A DNA stretch of 19,022 bases. Origin: Octopus sinensis (taxonomy: Eukaryota). The DNA lies in the NCBI RefSeq assembly GCF_006345805.1, contig NW_021824372.1, positions 1-19,022 of the forward strand. The letters run 5' to 3'. This document shows, one piece after another, positions 1 to 10,548 of this stretch. The notes under the pieces are model-generated. The model saw only the letters and a program-made list of their open reading frames with translations. It did no database searches and was not told the DNA's origin. Each line of letters opens with the position of its first letter. Position 1 is the stretch's first letter. The position numbers were made by a program, and so were the translations under genes.

Positions 1-67
1 TCCTTCCCTTCTCTAATCAGTCACATACGTCAGTGTTTGTAAATACACGGAAAGTCACATTAGATAT

Positions 68-126
68 TGTGTGTGTGTGTGTGTGTGTGTTTGTGTGTGT
101 GTTGTGTGTGTGTGTGTGTGTGTGTG

Positions 127-170
<44 letters not shown>
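68..170. repeat. (GT)n microsatellite
   Basis: Direct reading; explains the THTHTH ORF 17..274. Confidence 0.97.
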
Positions 171-172
<2 letters not shown>

Positions 173-673
173 ATAGATAAATTTTAACTGAAAAAATGGA
201 TGGTGTGGTATATCATTAGTATATAGTATGGTATGCGGTGAGATATGGTGTATCATTACGATATAGTACGGCATGTGGGATATCGTGTATCCATTACTCT
301 ATATCGTATGGCATGACAAAGGTGAATGAATCCTTCGTTTTAGTGTTGCTGACGCGTGTCCTTACGGCTGGTGTATCCTTACTGTTAGAATACAGAAGCC
401 ATACATCCGTTCCTTAAAACCCCACCCGACTGATTACATAGGAGTGTCATGGCTGGAATGCCTTTCGTCATATATGCGCGTTAACAAGCCTCACCTTGAT
501 TAACAACAACAATTAACTGTGAGACGATGAAGAGTTATTTAAGTTGGTGGCCAAATACTCGTATCATGCTGCAGCAGTGCTTTCTATGAGGCCCACGAGG
601 ATATCATCACTTCGATTAGATTATCTTAATTGATATTATATCATCTTAGATTATATCATATCCTTATTTTATG

Positions 674-727
674 TTAATTCATATTCATGATATCATATTA
701 TTAATTCATATGCATGATATCATATTA
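674..727. repeat. 27-nt tandem duplication in ATATC-rich low-complexity DNA
   Basis: TTAATTCATATTCATGATATCATATTA (674-700) then TTAATTCATATGCATGATATCATATTA (701-727), 1 mismatch. Confidence 0.85.
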
Positions 728-752
728 TTTTATATCACAATGCATTATGAAT

Positions 753-970
753 GGCGCCGGGCTTGCAGAGTTGTTCGAGCACGAGAAGAAAAGAAATGTC
801 TAACTGCAGTGTTTGTTCTGGTTCTTTAGGATATGAGTTCGAATTGTGTCTTGGTTAACTTTCCCATTCATCCTTACGGAATCTACAAATAAGGGACTAG
901 TCAAATTTTGGGGCCGTTATAATTGACTAATCCCCTTTAACATTGCTGATTACCTGCCTGTAGGAGAAAC
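753..970 (+). mobile_element. Diverged tRNA-derived SINE with a Meta-domain-like core
   Basis: B-box-like GAGTTCGAAT near 835, followed by TTAACTTTCCCATTCATCCTTACGGAATCTACAAATAAG, resembling the CTTTCATCCTTYCGRGGTCGATAAA core. Related fragments at about 3400-3600 (+), 4200-4270 (-) and 11610-11646 (-). Family assignment is from recall. Confidence 0.55.
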
Positions 971-2165
971 AGTCATAATAGAATCATTTAAGGAATATAA
1001 TAGAATGGTGAACGCTACAAAGAATTCTTGGCAAAGGCTTGCCTGCGTCTCTAAGACGTTGCTTCTGACGGAAAACAACGGGGTTTCGGCCGATCAGTGA
1101 GATGTAAACCCAAAACCACGTTTCCACCCTCTTTTTACATCATCCAGGGGCAGAGTCAACCGAAATCGCCCTGGCTAAACTATATTTTCTGGTTGAAAGA
1201 ATTAAACAAATCTGAATGGTCCTTTCCTCTCCTGGAAATCTCAGTCAGTTGACGAACTCACTTTGTTATGGATTTGAGACCCAACTGATTGTGTATTTAG
1301 TAAACACATCTTTCCCCTTGTGACGTTTTGATTAGTTTTAAGTGTCACCTCATTCTTTCTACTCCTACACACACACACACCACACACACACCACACACAC
1401 ACACACAAGTTAAGACATGAACGGGTGGCGGGGAGGTTCTGAAAGTTCACTTTGAGTGAAGTAAGGCTGTGTGAGAAAGAAGGGTGAGTGGGGTCTAGGC
1501 TAAGACGAAGTTCAAGGATATTGGAGAAGGGGTGGGGGAACTATCCGAAGGGTTTAGCTCTGATTTTGGATATGTGGAGGGGAGGGGAGTGGTGGTGGTG
1601 GTGTTGTGGTGAAAGGACACAGGAACTAGAAAAGGACTGGACCGAATGCTTGCAACAGACCGCTCTCCATTTTTAGTGGAGGGTCAGGTGTTATATAACA
1701 AGACTGGAGAGTCGGAAGGGCAACCCTACATACGGTTTTAACTACCTCGGTTTTAACTGTTCTGTTGTCTGTCTCTGTAAAATCCTAAATGTATACGACG
1801 TTGTTGTTGTTGTTGTTGTTGTTGATAAGTACCAGATGTGTAAGATCCAGAAAAACTACGATCAAAAGTGTTCCAATCATGACCATCCAACTGAGAGAGT
1901 TAGATAGCAACAAAGAATCGAAAGAAAATACGTAACCGACAGGGAAACAAGTATTTTTTTTTTTTTCGTAGTGATTTCTCTGAGTTGGTGCCAAAGGATT
2001 GGCGCATTCCTTGGTCCCTTTAATATTGGGCATTCCATAAAAGTAATGAGAAGAAACGGCCCCAATATTGACTGGTGGACCTCGAAGGAATGAAAAAGGC
2101 AAAATTGACATATGTGCGATTTGAACGCAGGCGCCTCCTACCGGAAGCCAATTGACCACCCTTCT

Positions 2166-2197
<32 letters not shown>

Positions 2198-2258
2198 TGT
2201 ATACATGTTGGCACCGACTATATATGACCCACTGTTTATGGCATGTATGCGTATATAT

Positions 2259-2573
2259 GGAGGCGCAATGGTCCACTGGTTAGGGCAGCGGACTCGCGGT
2301 CGGAGGATCGCTGTTTCGATTCCCAGACCGGGTGTTGTGTGTGTTTATTGAGCGAAAACACCTAAAGCTTCACGAGGCTCCAGCAGGGGATGGTGGTGAC
2401 CTCTGTTGTACTCTTTCGCCCCAACTTTCTCTCACTCTTTCTTCCTGTTTCTTGGGTAACGCTGCAATGGACTGGCGTCCCGTCCAGCTGGGGGGGGGGG
2501 AACATACGCCACAGAAACCAGGAAACCGGGCCCATGGCTAGGCTTGAAAAGGGCGCATAAATAAAAATAATAA
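2259..2573 (+). mobile_element. tRNA-derived SINE (tRNA-Arg-like head), family A copy 1, near full length
   Basis: A-box TGGTCCACTGG 2269-2279, B-box GTTTCGATTCC 2313-2323, TCG anticodon-like loop (GGACTCGCGGTC), A/TAA-rich tail at about 2558-2573. A homologous copy starts at 5831. Confidence 0.85.
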
Positions 2574-2610
2574 TGCATATATATATACATGTGTGGGTAT
2601 ATATACATAC

Positions 2611-2780
2611 ATGGCTCAGTGGTTAGAGCGTCGAGCTTATGACCGTGAGGTTGTGAGTTCGAATTCCGGACCGGGCTGCGTGTTGTGTTCCTGAGCAAGA
2701 CCCTTTATTTCATGTTGCTCCAGTTCACTCAGCTGTAGAAATGAGTTGTGACGTCACTGGTGCCAAGCTGTATCGGCCCC
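2611..2780 (+). mobile_element. tRNA-derived SINE, family B copy 1 (3'-truncated)
   Basis: A-box TGGCTCAGTGG 2612-2622, B-box GTTCGAATTCC 2657-2667, CORE-like GTGTTCCTGAGCAAGACCCTTTATTTC. Nearly colinear with 17892-18060. Confidence 0.88.
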
Positions 2781-3289
2781 GAAGGGCGTCTATAATATAT
2801 ATAATACACAGACACACATATACACGTGTTTGCGCATGTGTATATATGTGTATATGTGTGTGTGTGTGTGTCTGTCTGTCTGTCTATCTGTGTGTGTGTG
2901 TCTTAGTGATGTGCTACAATGCACATATTGTCATGCGAATAAGTGCTCAATGCATTGTGTATGGCGACGTTTATGGATTCAGGCTGCAACGTATAAACAG
3001 TCGCCATTTATTGTGGAAAACAACTTTAGTGATATTTAAAGCCTTTCCTTGGGCGTGTTTCTTGTTTCGCAAACCATTTTCCTCAAAGAGACACAACGAA
3101 ATATAAAGACTGAATGTGGTCAGCGAAAGAAATCACTGAAACACGTGCCCTAAAATTGGATTAATTATTTTTTTCTCGCACATTTGAGCCAAAGGAAAGA
3201 TTGAGGGTGTGAATGCTGTAAGGAGAGAGAGAGCTGCTCCGCCAAGTTGATATTCGGTCAATGAACCGGAAAAAAGCCTAGAGTTATGC

Positions 3290-3380
3290 GATTTGCTCAA
3301 GGTAACAATGCACCAGAAATCGAACCCACAATCTTACGATCACGACCCTAGCACTTTAATTACGACACTCCTTCATGCCT
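3290..3380 (-). mobile_element. Degraded tRNA-SINE head fragment
   Basis: Minus strand reads ...GATCGTAAGATTGTGGGTTCGATTTC...TTGTTACCTTGAGCAAAT (B-box plus CORE-like start), similar to family B. Confidence 0.55.
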
Positions 3381-3672
3381 ACTATTAGCAACATCTTTAG
3401 GGCATTGGATTGGAATGTCTGGTGATATTCATTTCGGCTTCTTTCATTTTGAGCCGAAATTCCGCCAAAGTCAAACGCTGTCTTTGAACTTTCCGAAGCC
3501 GATAAGTTAAAGGAATGAATTTGTGGAATCGTCGGAGCGTTAGAGCAGTATTCGTTCTGGCTCTTTGTGCTTTGAGTTCAAATCCCAGCGCAGTCAACTT
3601 GAGTGCTTAACTGAATCGAATTAAATTAAATGCACCGAAGGGGTATATATATATAAAAGGATATTATTATTG

Positions 3673-3673
<1 letters not shown>

Positions 3674-3755
<82 letters not shown>
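3674..3755. repeat. (TAA)n microsatellite
   Basis: Direct reading; source of the poly-Leu ORF 3626..3862. Confidence 0.97.
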
Positions 3756-3756
<1 letters not shown>

Positions 3757-4027
3757 GTGGCAAGTTTAAAGACATTATGGTACAGTGTATATGCACCGAA
3801 GGAGTAGGTGGGGAATTAACTGCATCCCCATCTGCTCCTTTGGTTCCTTTAGAGGGGTCCATTCTGCTGCAAAGAATCGTTCTTCATTTTAAGAATCCCT
3901 TACTTCTTCCTCTGCCTGGAAGCCCCTTCCTTCTGTTCATATTTCAATCCGAATTGGTTGGTGTTGTTAAAGATGTGGCCCCTGACGTGCTTCCACCGAT
4001 TCTATCCACCGAAGATGTCTCGCCCCG

Positions 4028-4190
4028 CTGAAAATAACAGCCGTCTAAACTCTCCCTCCACTTACATCTTGCAGTCTTGAAAATAGATGAAGATCGCGAG
4101 AAAATACAGACGGGATGGTCGCAGCTGGAACCCTCTGATAATAGGGTTATCAGAGGTAAGGCTACCCCAATCCCACCGACAATAGCAATA
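4028..4190. repeat. Copy of an old dispersed repeat family (about 9 diverged copies in the window)
   Basis: Shared blocks resembling AGAAATAGCAGCC...TCCCTCAAAT, GGATGGTCAYRGCTGGAA and a (CAA)n end. They recur at about 385-510, 6310-6395, 7622-7790, 13910-14278 and 14390-14550, and in reverse orientation at about 1800-1890, 5395-5512 and 11650-11850. Confidence 0.65.
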
Positions 4191-5635
4191 ACATAACCAC
4201 GGTGGGATTTGAACTCAGGGCGTAAAGAGATGCATCTAAATATCACAAAAGACCTTGTCAGGAACTCCACTGCTTTAAGGAACCCTCACTTAGATTATAT
4301 CATAATAAAAAGGTTATATCAAACCATGATAGAAACTATCCACAGAATCCAGAGGTTCTGACTCCCTTTTTTAATGTCTGAGTGAGTCATTAATCGAGAG
4401 TAACAAATGACCAGGTCCATTCATTCGCTCCTTCTTTCCTTCCTTCCTTCCTTCCTTCCCTCCTTCCTTCCTTTTTTCCTTCATTAACTCATTCATTAAC
4501 TCATTCATTAATGTTATTCGTTTCCTTCCCTCATTTTCTATTTTTCCATACAGAAAAGATGAATTCATTGAAAATCATTCAAATCATCATTTTTACAACC
4601 CAGAATTTATTTATATATTATAATATATTGATGTGTCTAGCCATTAATAGGATTATCGCGGCAACAGGCGAGAAACCTGTTTTCGCAGACGATACTGTGT
4701 CAACGCAGAGAAAGTCAGGCTGCCATGGGTGGAGTGCATATTGAGTGAGTCACCAATCGTTGGATGAGAACGCAATGGCTTCTGGGAGCCATCAGTCATC
4801 AGATGCAACAAGCTCTGCTTAAACAAATCGAAGATTGTGTTGCTTGCTTCTCTGAGTCAACAGAGTTAATAGATCATTTGTTTGTTGTGTGATTTTGTTT
4901 AGTTTATGTAATTAATACCACTTTTTTTTCCTTCGTTAGCTTCCGATATCAAGTGGTGGCGGGGTTAATCGTTGTTCAAGGAAACGAAATTGAACCACAA
5001 ATTTTATAAAACAGGATCCACTGACGTCATTGTTCAAATGTCAGTTCATATAATCGTGTTAGTATTGGTGTGGTGGGTTTCGTATTCCAAGGACAGCAAT
5101 TCTAAAGACTTTATTTCCAGCCGATCTAAGCCAAAATACTATAAACCCATTGCAGACTCATTCCTTCTTGAAATTTTCTCACGGATAAAGTTCAAATTAG
5201 TGAAATAATAAAGCGAAACTTTTTTTTTTTGTTGATGTTGTTTTAGCTGCCTCCCTCCCACTTATAGAAATGGACTCTGCCATCTGGTGCTGTTGCTTAT
5301 TTCCAAACGGCCCAGCTGGATCATTTTACGTCTGCATTAACGACAGAAATAAAGACGGCTGGTCTTTCCGTTTTCATTCTGTTATTCTGGTGATGTTGCT
5401 GCTGTTCTTGTTGCGTAGCCCTAGGCCATCTCTGACTGAACAGACTTATGAGCAAAGGCACTCTAGCCATGACCATCAATTCATTTTGTTTATCCAGGAC
5501 TGCATTGTCTAAGTGAAGACTCCTTTTTTAAATTGTTGGGCGTGATGTATGTATGTATGTATGTATGTCTGCATGTGTGTATGTATGTATGTATGTATGT
5601 ATCCTATGAAGTGAGTACACGTGTGTCTTCATCGT

Positions 5636-5800
5636 GCGTGGCACTCCGTCGGTTGCGACGACGAGGGTTCCAGTTCATCCGATCAACGGAACAGCCTGCT
5701 CATGAAATTAACGTGCAAGTGGCTGACCACTCCACAGACCCGTATACCCTTAACGTATTTCTCAGGGAGATTCAGTGTGACACAGACATGACAGACATGA
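5636..5800 (+). repeat. Probable interspersed repeat (SINE body-like) fragment
   Basis: GC-richer block TGGCACTCCGTCGG...GATCAACGGAACAGCCTGCTC...GTGACACAGA next to (TATG)n. Recognised from recall as an abundant octopus repeat; no second copy in the window. Confidence 0.45.
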
Positions 5801-5830
5801 ATGTATTTAGTGTTATGCCTCACGATGCGA

Positions 5831-6070
5831 GGAGGTGCAATGGCCATGTGGTTAGGGCAGCGGAATCGCGGCCGGAGGGTCGCGGTTTCGATTCCCAGAA
5901 TGAGAGTTGTGAGTGTTTATTGAACGAAAACACCTAATGCTGGACTCTTTCACCACAACTTTCACTCTTTCTTCCTGTTTCTCTTGTACCTGTATTTCTC
6001 CGGTTGTAAACTTGGAAACTGAAGACTGGTGATGTCATTCCATCATCGGGGGGAACGCCGGTTGCTCTCG
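5831..6070 (+). mobile_element. tRNA-derived SINE, family A copy 2 (internally deleted)
   Basis: GGAGGTGCAATGGCCATGTGGTTAGGGCAGCGG...GGTTTCGATTCCCAGA...GTGTTTATTGAACGAAAACACCTAA aligns with 2259-2368. Confidence 0.85.
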
Positions 6071-6141
6071 TTCAAACTTTGATCTTGAATTTCTATAATT
6101 TGGAATTTCTATGTATCACTTTTCATTTTGAACTCAATGAC

Positions 6142-6225
<84 letters not shown>

Positions 6226-6265
6226 TAATAATATAATAATAATAATGATGATGATGATGATGATG
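6142..6265. repeat. Compound (TAA)n/(TGA)n microsatellite
   Basis: Direct reading. Confidence 0.95.
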
Positions 6266-6712
6266 AGGTCACATTGATGTTATCGTAGGCTCCTCTCTGC
6301 ACATAAGATAAAAATGGGATGGTCATAAATGGAATGTGTTACATCGTTGGTCTTCTTGATCGGGATTGATGCAGAGCTAAACACCGACAACGAACAGAAA
6401 ATGACGTCACTGTTGGAATGGAGAGTAACTTTCGATAGCAACACTTGGAGTGACTAAATGCAATGACGTCATCGCTCGATCGTTCATGTCTCAGCGTTTA
6501 AATGACTAATTAGAACGATGTCAATGAAGCGTTTAATTAAATTGAGTAATGTCGATCATAAGGAGCACAACAACAACAACAACAACAGGAGCTCTCTTTA
6601 AGGAGCTGTATTGATTTCTTTCCTGTTTTTTTTTGTGAAGTTTGTGTAAAGGTTTACAAGTTGCTTGTGGCGGGGATGGGCGAAACGAGATTGTGGCAGA
6701 CGTCGGTGTAAA

Positions 6713-6860
6713 TGGGAGCTCAGCGAAATGGTTAACAGGTTCACTTCGCACTCCTGCGGTAACGGGTTCGATCCACGGCACGAATATATTGAGCAAGTCT
6801 TTTCTTCGATATCCTATGGGTGACACTAGTAGATGGAAACTGTGTAGAAGCCTGCAGGGA
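6713..6860 (+). mobile_element. Diverged tRNA-derived CORE-like SINE, family C
   Basis: B-box GGTTCGATCC 6765-6774, then TTGAGCAAGTCTTTTCTTCGAT and TAGATGGAAACTGTGTAGAAG. A reverse-complement homolog lies at about 11340-11473. Confidence 0.65.
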
Positions 6861-6891
6861 TAGACTGTACCTACAAATCAAAGGTCTAGGT

Positions 6892-7089
6892 CAACGGTTC
6901 CCAACCGGGGTCCATACAAGATTACTTTTCCTTAACATTTATCGGCAATAAATTGGTTCGACTTCTGAAATATCTCAACAATACTTTTTTTTCAATTCTT
7001 GATAATATTTAATTATTAGAATATAATGGGATTTTTTTTTAAGCATGGGATCCAGTAGAGTAGAATAGGGAAATGAAAGGGACCCACTG
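6892..7089. mobile_element. Degraded hAT (Charlie-like) MITE
   Basis: Imperfect TIRs CAACGGTTCCC / GGGACCCACTG (8/11 match) resemble the hAT CAGTGGTTCCC terminus. AT-rich interior. Flanks GTCTAGGT and GGCTGGAC loosely fit the NTCTAGAN target. Confidence 0.45.
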
Positions 7090-7888
7090 GGCTGGACTAT
7101 GACTGTGGCTTGCTTTATGTATTGAGTCCTTTCTTTTTCGTTTGTGAAACAAAACACACACATCATCATCATCATCATCATCATTTTTACGTCTGGCTTT
7201 GTTTTTCTTCATCACAGACGGTCAATGTTCAAATCGGGCCGCAGGCGACTGAACAAGCCTTGTAGGTGGGCGGGGATGGGGTTCGAGTGGGGGCGGATAT
7301 AATCCAAAAACGTGTGTCTGTGACTGACACCCTTATTATGTCGGGATTGGATTAAACAGATGTTGTGTTATATGTGCAGATGGTGGGGTGAGGGTGACGC
7401 AGGTGGTGGTGGTGCTGCTGCTTGAGGGGATGGCGGCGGTGGAGGTGGAGGTGGCGGTCGTCATCATCTCATGATGAAGCAGGTGATAAGAGGGGTGGGT
7501 ATGGTGGTGGTGGTGGTGGTCGTGGTCGTCGTCGTCGTCGTCGTTGCGGTGTCAGTGTGTCTCCAGAACTAACCACTGCTCAAGTAAATCTTTCGGCAAA
7601 TCTTTAGTTGGTCGCTCAACCCGCTAGAAATAGGAACCAAGTTTCCCTCAAATCTTACCCTATCGTTTTAAGAATGGCACAAATATACGAAATAAATCAG
7701 GTGTGATCACGACTGGAACGTCTTTGATCCTAATTTTGCTCAGAGTAGTCTGACCTGAAGCTATACGACAACAACAACAGCAACAACAAGGGTTGGAAAC
7801 CAAACCTTCGAATGGTTCAGAGTCTGGTCTTACAACAGCGCCCCCACCCGTCCCCTTTAATCGGATACAAGAGATTATAGCATCACAG

Positions 7889-7889
<1 letters not shown>

Positions 7890-7951
<62 letters not shown>
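7890..7951. repeat. (TTA)n microsatellite
   Basis: Direct reading. Confidence 0.97.
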
Positions 7952-7953
<2 letters not shown>

Positions 7954-8251
7954 TTTGTTATAATAGGATGAAGAGCCCTACAGATACGAACAAAGCCAAG
8001 TCGTTCTATTCTATCTGTCTGTCTGTCTGTCTGTCTTATTCTTTCAGTTAAGATTAACCCCAACAACTAACTTTCTTTCCTCATTCAACCCCCACCTTCA
8101 CCACCACCGTTCCACCTCAGCCTCCAGATCCTCTTTTTTGTCTCTAAACCTTCTCACAATGTTTGGCTCCCTACAGGTTGTCGATGGTTTCGGGTGCTTG
8201 CTGCAATAATCTACTGCAACGTTTTATGTGATCAGTCGATTCCATTCTCTG

Positions 8252-8481
8252 GTGGGGGGAGTTGGCGATCTGTTAGATGCTCTCCATGCTGCTAGTTTCT
8301 AGTTCATGGACACCGTCTTTTAGGGGTTTTTCTTGCTATTATATTGATATCAACATAGTGGGATTACATGGTTAGGGTTGTGGAATTCTCTGCTAAGCGT
8401 TCTTTGACTCTCCCGTCCCACCCCACCATCGCCTGCAATACTGACACCGATGGTTGCACCCTCTTCTTGGGTAAATATCTT
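8252..8481 (-). mobile_element. Penelope-like retroelement RT remnant (catalytic palm region), inverted relative to the rest of the element
   Basis: Minus-strand translation with one frameshift: KIFTQEEGATIGVSIAGD / MVGWDGRVKERLAENSTTLTM*SHYVD-INIIARK...SMESI*QIANSPH. This gives the Q..G..IG motif and a YVD(D) motif at 8349-8357. Confidence 0.75.
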
Positions 8482-8501
8482 GTTATTAAACTTATGCATG
8501 T

Positions 8502-9880
8502 ATTTAAGTTACAGCAGATTACCCTAGTAAGCACCTTAACTACCGACTGCCTGCTTTAGACACGGTACTCTGGCTGGAAACTAGGAATAACAAGTCCAGA
8601 TCCTCCATTCCCACTGTGCCAAACCGGTGGCCTCCAAATACCTGACCCACTGGAACGCAGCTGTTGAGGATAATATCAAGTTCAATATTCTAATAGCGGA
8701 CTTGATGGTAGTGATGAGAAGCGTGTCCCGCGTGTGCGACCCAACGGAATTAGAGAGACACATACAACACTTCGTCCGCTGCATGCAGTTCTCTGAATAC
8801 AGCCAAAGAGACAGGAACAGAGTTTATAAAGGATCCGAGGTGAAATGCAAGACCATCATGGATAATGACGCCAATGGGGTCAGTCCCCTTTATAGGACTA
8901 AATCCTGGAATCGCATAGAAAGGACCAAGAAGAAAGACATGACCAACTCATAATATGACGACCAAAAATACCAGAGTGCCATGTTCGCTGAAGCTACCCA
9001 TGGAGACAAACTAGCATATCCTTTTAGGAAAACCTTAGATAAGATGAATCTACAGATTAAAGTAGCTGAAAGGCCAGGGACCTCCATAAAATCCCTGATC
9101 TGTTGAACATATACAGTTAGGAACTGTATAATGTGTAGAATAAACCCACTGATAAACTGTAAAAGAACGAAGTTTATAGTATAAGATGTAGAGAGGGGCG
9201 GCACAGAAACAAGACAATGACTTACATTGGAGAGACATCACATAGCATAGGTAAGCGGATAAGTGAATACTGGCAGGAAGTGAAGGAGGAGAAAAGCTCT
9301 GCCAACACGCTCGATTAGAACATGGAGATTCGGTTGCCAACATAGATGCTAGGATCTTAGCGACACATATGACAGTCACAACATTCAGATAGATTATGAA
9401 GGCCACACACATAGAAATAGACAGATCGACCCTCAACAGAAAACGTGGAGTAATAATACTAACCACCACCACTACACCACACTACGCAACCTGACGGCTA
9501 AAGACAGAATGAAGAAAACTAAATAAATGACACGGATACTAACAGTGTAATATACATACGCACACAAGTCACACATACACATACTAAAGACAGAATGAGA
9601 AAGAGAAAAATAGAAAAATAAATAGATAAATTGATGAATTAATAAATAAAATACATAAGAACAACAATCTGTTTGATATACAAAGCCATGTGCACGCACA
9701 CGGGACACACGTACTAAACACATAAACACACAAGTGAACGAACATGCAGACAACGCGTGCGCAGATAGAAATATATATCACAAAAGGATGAAATGGAATA
9801 AACAGAACCGGAGGAGACACACGGGAGGGAGAGTCACTGATAAGGTCACAGAGTGTGCGACGAAAGAACTTTGACAGACG
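8502..9880 (+). mobile_element. Decayed Penelope-like element: RT C-terminus/thumb, Cys-rich linker, C-terminal GIY-YIG endonuclease and 3' non-coding region
   Basis: Translation across stops and frameshifts: I*VTADYPSKHLNYRLPALDTVLWLE / ILHSHCAKPVASKYLTHWNAA...PLYRTKSW...SAMFAEATHGDKLA...IKVAERPGTSIKSLI / CIMC...NC / VYSIRC...YIGETSHSIGKRISE (YIGETS at 9223-9240) / LCQHARLEH...IMKATHIE...TLNRK, ending near 9443. The 3' boundary is uncertain. Confidence 0.88.
9833..9875 (+). ncRNA. Type I hammerhead ribozyme motif, probably inactivated (G8A), in the Penelope 3' region
   Basis: Stem I GTCA/TGAC; core CTGATAA (9837-9843; consensus CUGANGA); stem II GTCACA-gagtg-TGCGAC (5/6 pairs); GAAA 9862-9865; minimal stem III AG-aa-CT; CUU triplet with cleavage after 9871. 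Confidence 0.72.
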
Positions 9881-10168
9881 AATAAAGTAAGACTAATACG
9901 AATAAAAACTAAAGTGAAGCTCAAATAGGGTGTGTTTAACTGGTAAAAAGAAAATGATCGTATGTGTGTGTGTATTGACAACAGCCAGCAGACCGACACT
10001 TCGAAGTCACTTTCAACCCCGTTCTTGCAAAAGTTTAATAAATACTTATTCTACAAAAAGTATTGAGTAATTCTTCAGTTTTAATGTTAGATTGTTTTTA
10101 TATATAACCTGACATATAAAAAAAAAGCTTTGATATATGTGCGAGTGTTTGGCAGACGTCTGCATATA

Positions 10169-10170
<2 letters not shown>

Positions 10171-10210
<40 letters not shown>

Positions 10211-10272
10211 GTTATGTCTATATGTATGGCCGTATATGTGTGTGAAGGGAGCGAGAGAGAGAGAGAGAGAGA
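10171..10272. repeat. (TG)n and (AG)n microsatellites
   Basis: Direct reading. Confidence 0.9.
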
Positions 10273-10548
10273 TTTTGTAGTTTTTCTCTTGGGATTCTCT
10301 GATGATGTTATCGGCCGAACCTGTTTAAACAAGATGAGAAATTTGATTTGATGCGCATTTCTGTTTGACTTTATTGCTTTTCATATGTTTTATAATAGAT
10401 ATGAATCATATCAATTCCATGAGTTGTCGGAGCCCCTCCAAAGTTTTTGGGGGGAGCGAATTGAGAACTGCCCGTTCTTTGTGATTAAATCCTAGTTCTA
10501 ATATGTGTCTGTCTTTTCGTTTTAGGTACGCAAAGAAAAGAACAGAAG

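Noticed and set aside
1255-1365. Possible minus-strand exon (TGTGTAG...AAA|GTGAGT)
   Set aside because: The acceptor is only a (TG)n tract, the peptide is unrecognisable and no partner exons were found; it cannot be supported without RNA data.
2259-2690. tRNA-like sequences with A and B boxes
   Set aside because: No complete cloverleaf or acceptor stem, and they continue into repeat bodies with second copies in the window, so they are SINE heads, not tRNA genes.
3900-4161. Possible minus-strand exon (acceptor TTATTTTCAG at 4028-4037), and a plus-strand GAG|GTAAGG donor with a 10-bp hairpin at 4132-4161
   Set aside because: Both splice-like signals lie inside a copy of the dispersed repeat; the frames are short and have no linked exons or homology.
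4770-4806. Minus-strand CTGATGA plus ATGGCT/AGCCAT hairpin
   Set aside because: No GAAA or NUH follows, so it is not a hammerhead.
6019-6060. CTGAAGA followed by a 9-bp hairpin (hammerhead-like)
   Set aside because: No correctly placed GAAA or stem III; the segment corresponds to the 3' body of SINE family A (compare 2467-2503).
9104-9106. In-frame TGA in the Penelope ORF as possible selenocysteine recoding
   Set aside because: The ORF also has TAA/TAG stops and frameshifts, so ordinary decay explains it. The endonuclease is C-terminal, unlike the Naiad elements where Sec was described.
10283-10341. CTGATGA...GGCCGAACCTGTTT as a fourth hammerhead
   Set aside because: GAAC instead of GAAA, and stems I-III pair poorly. 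At best an unrecognisably decayed relic.
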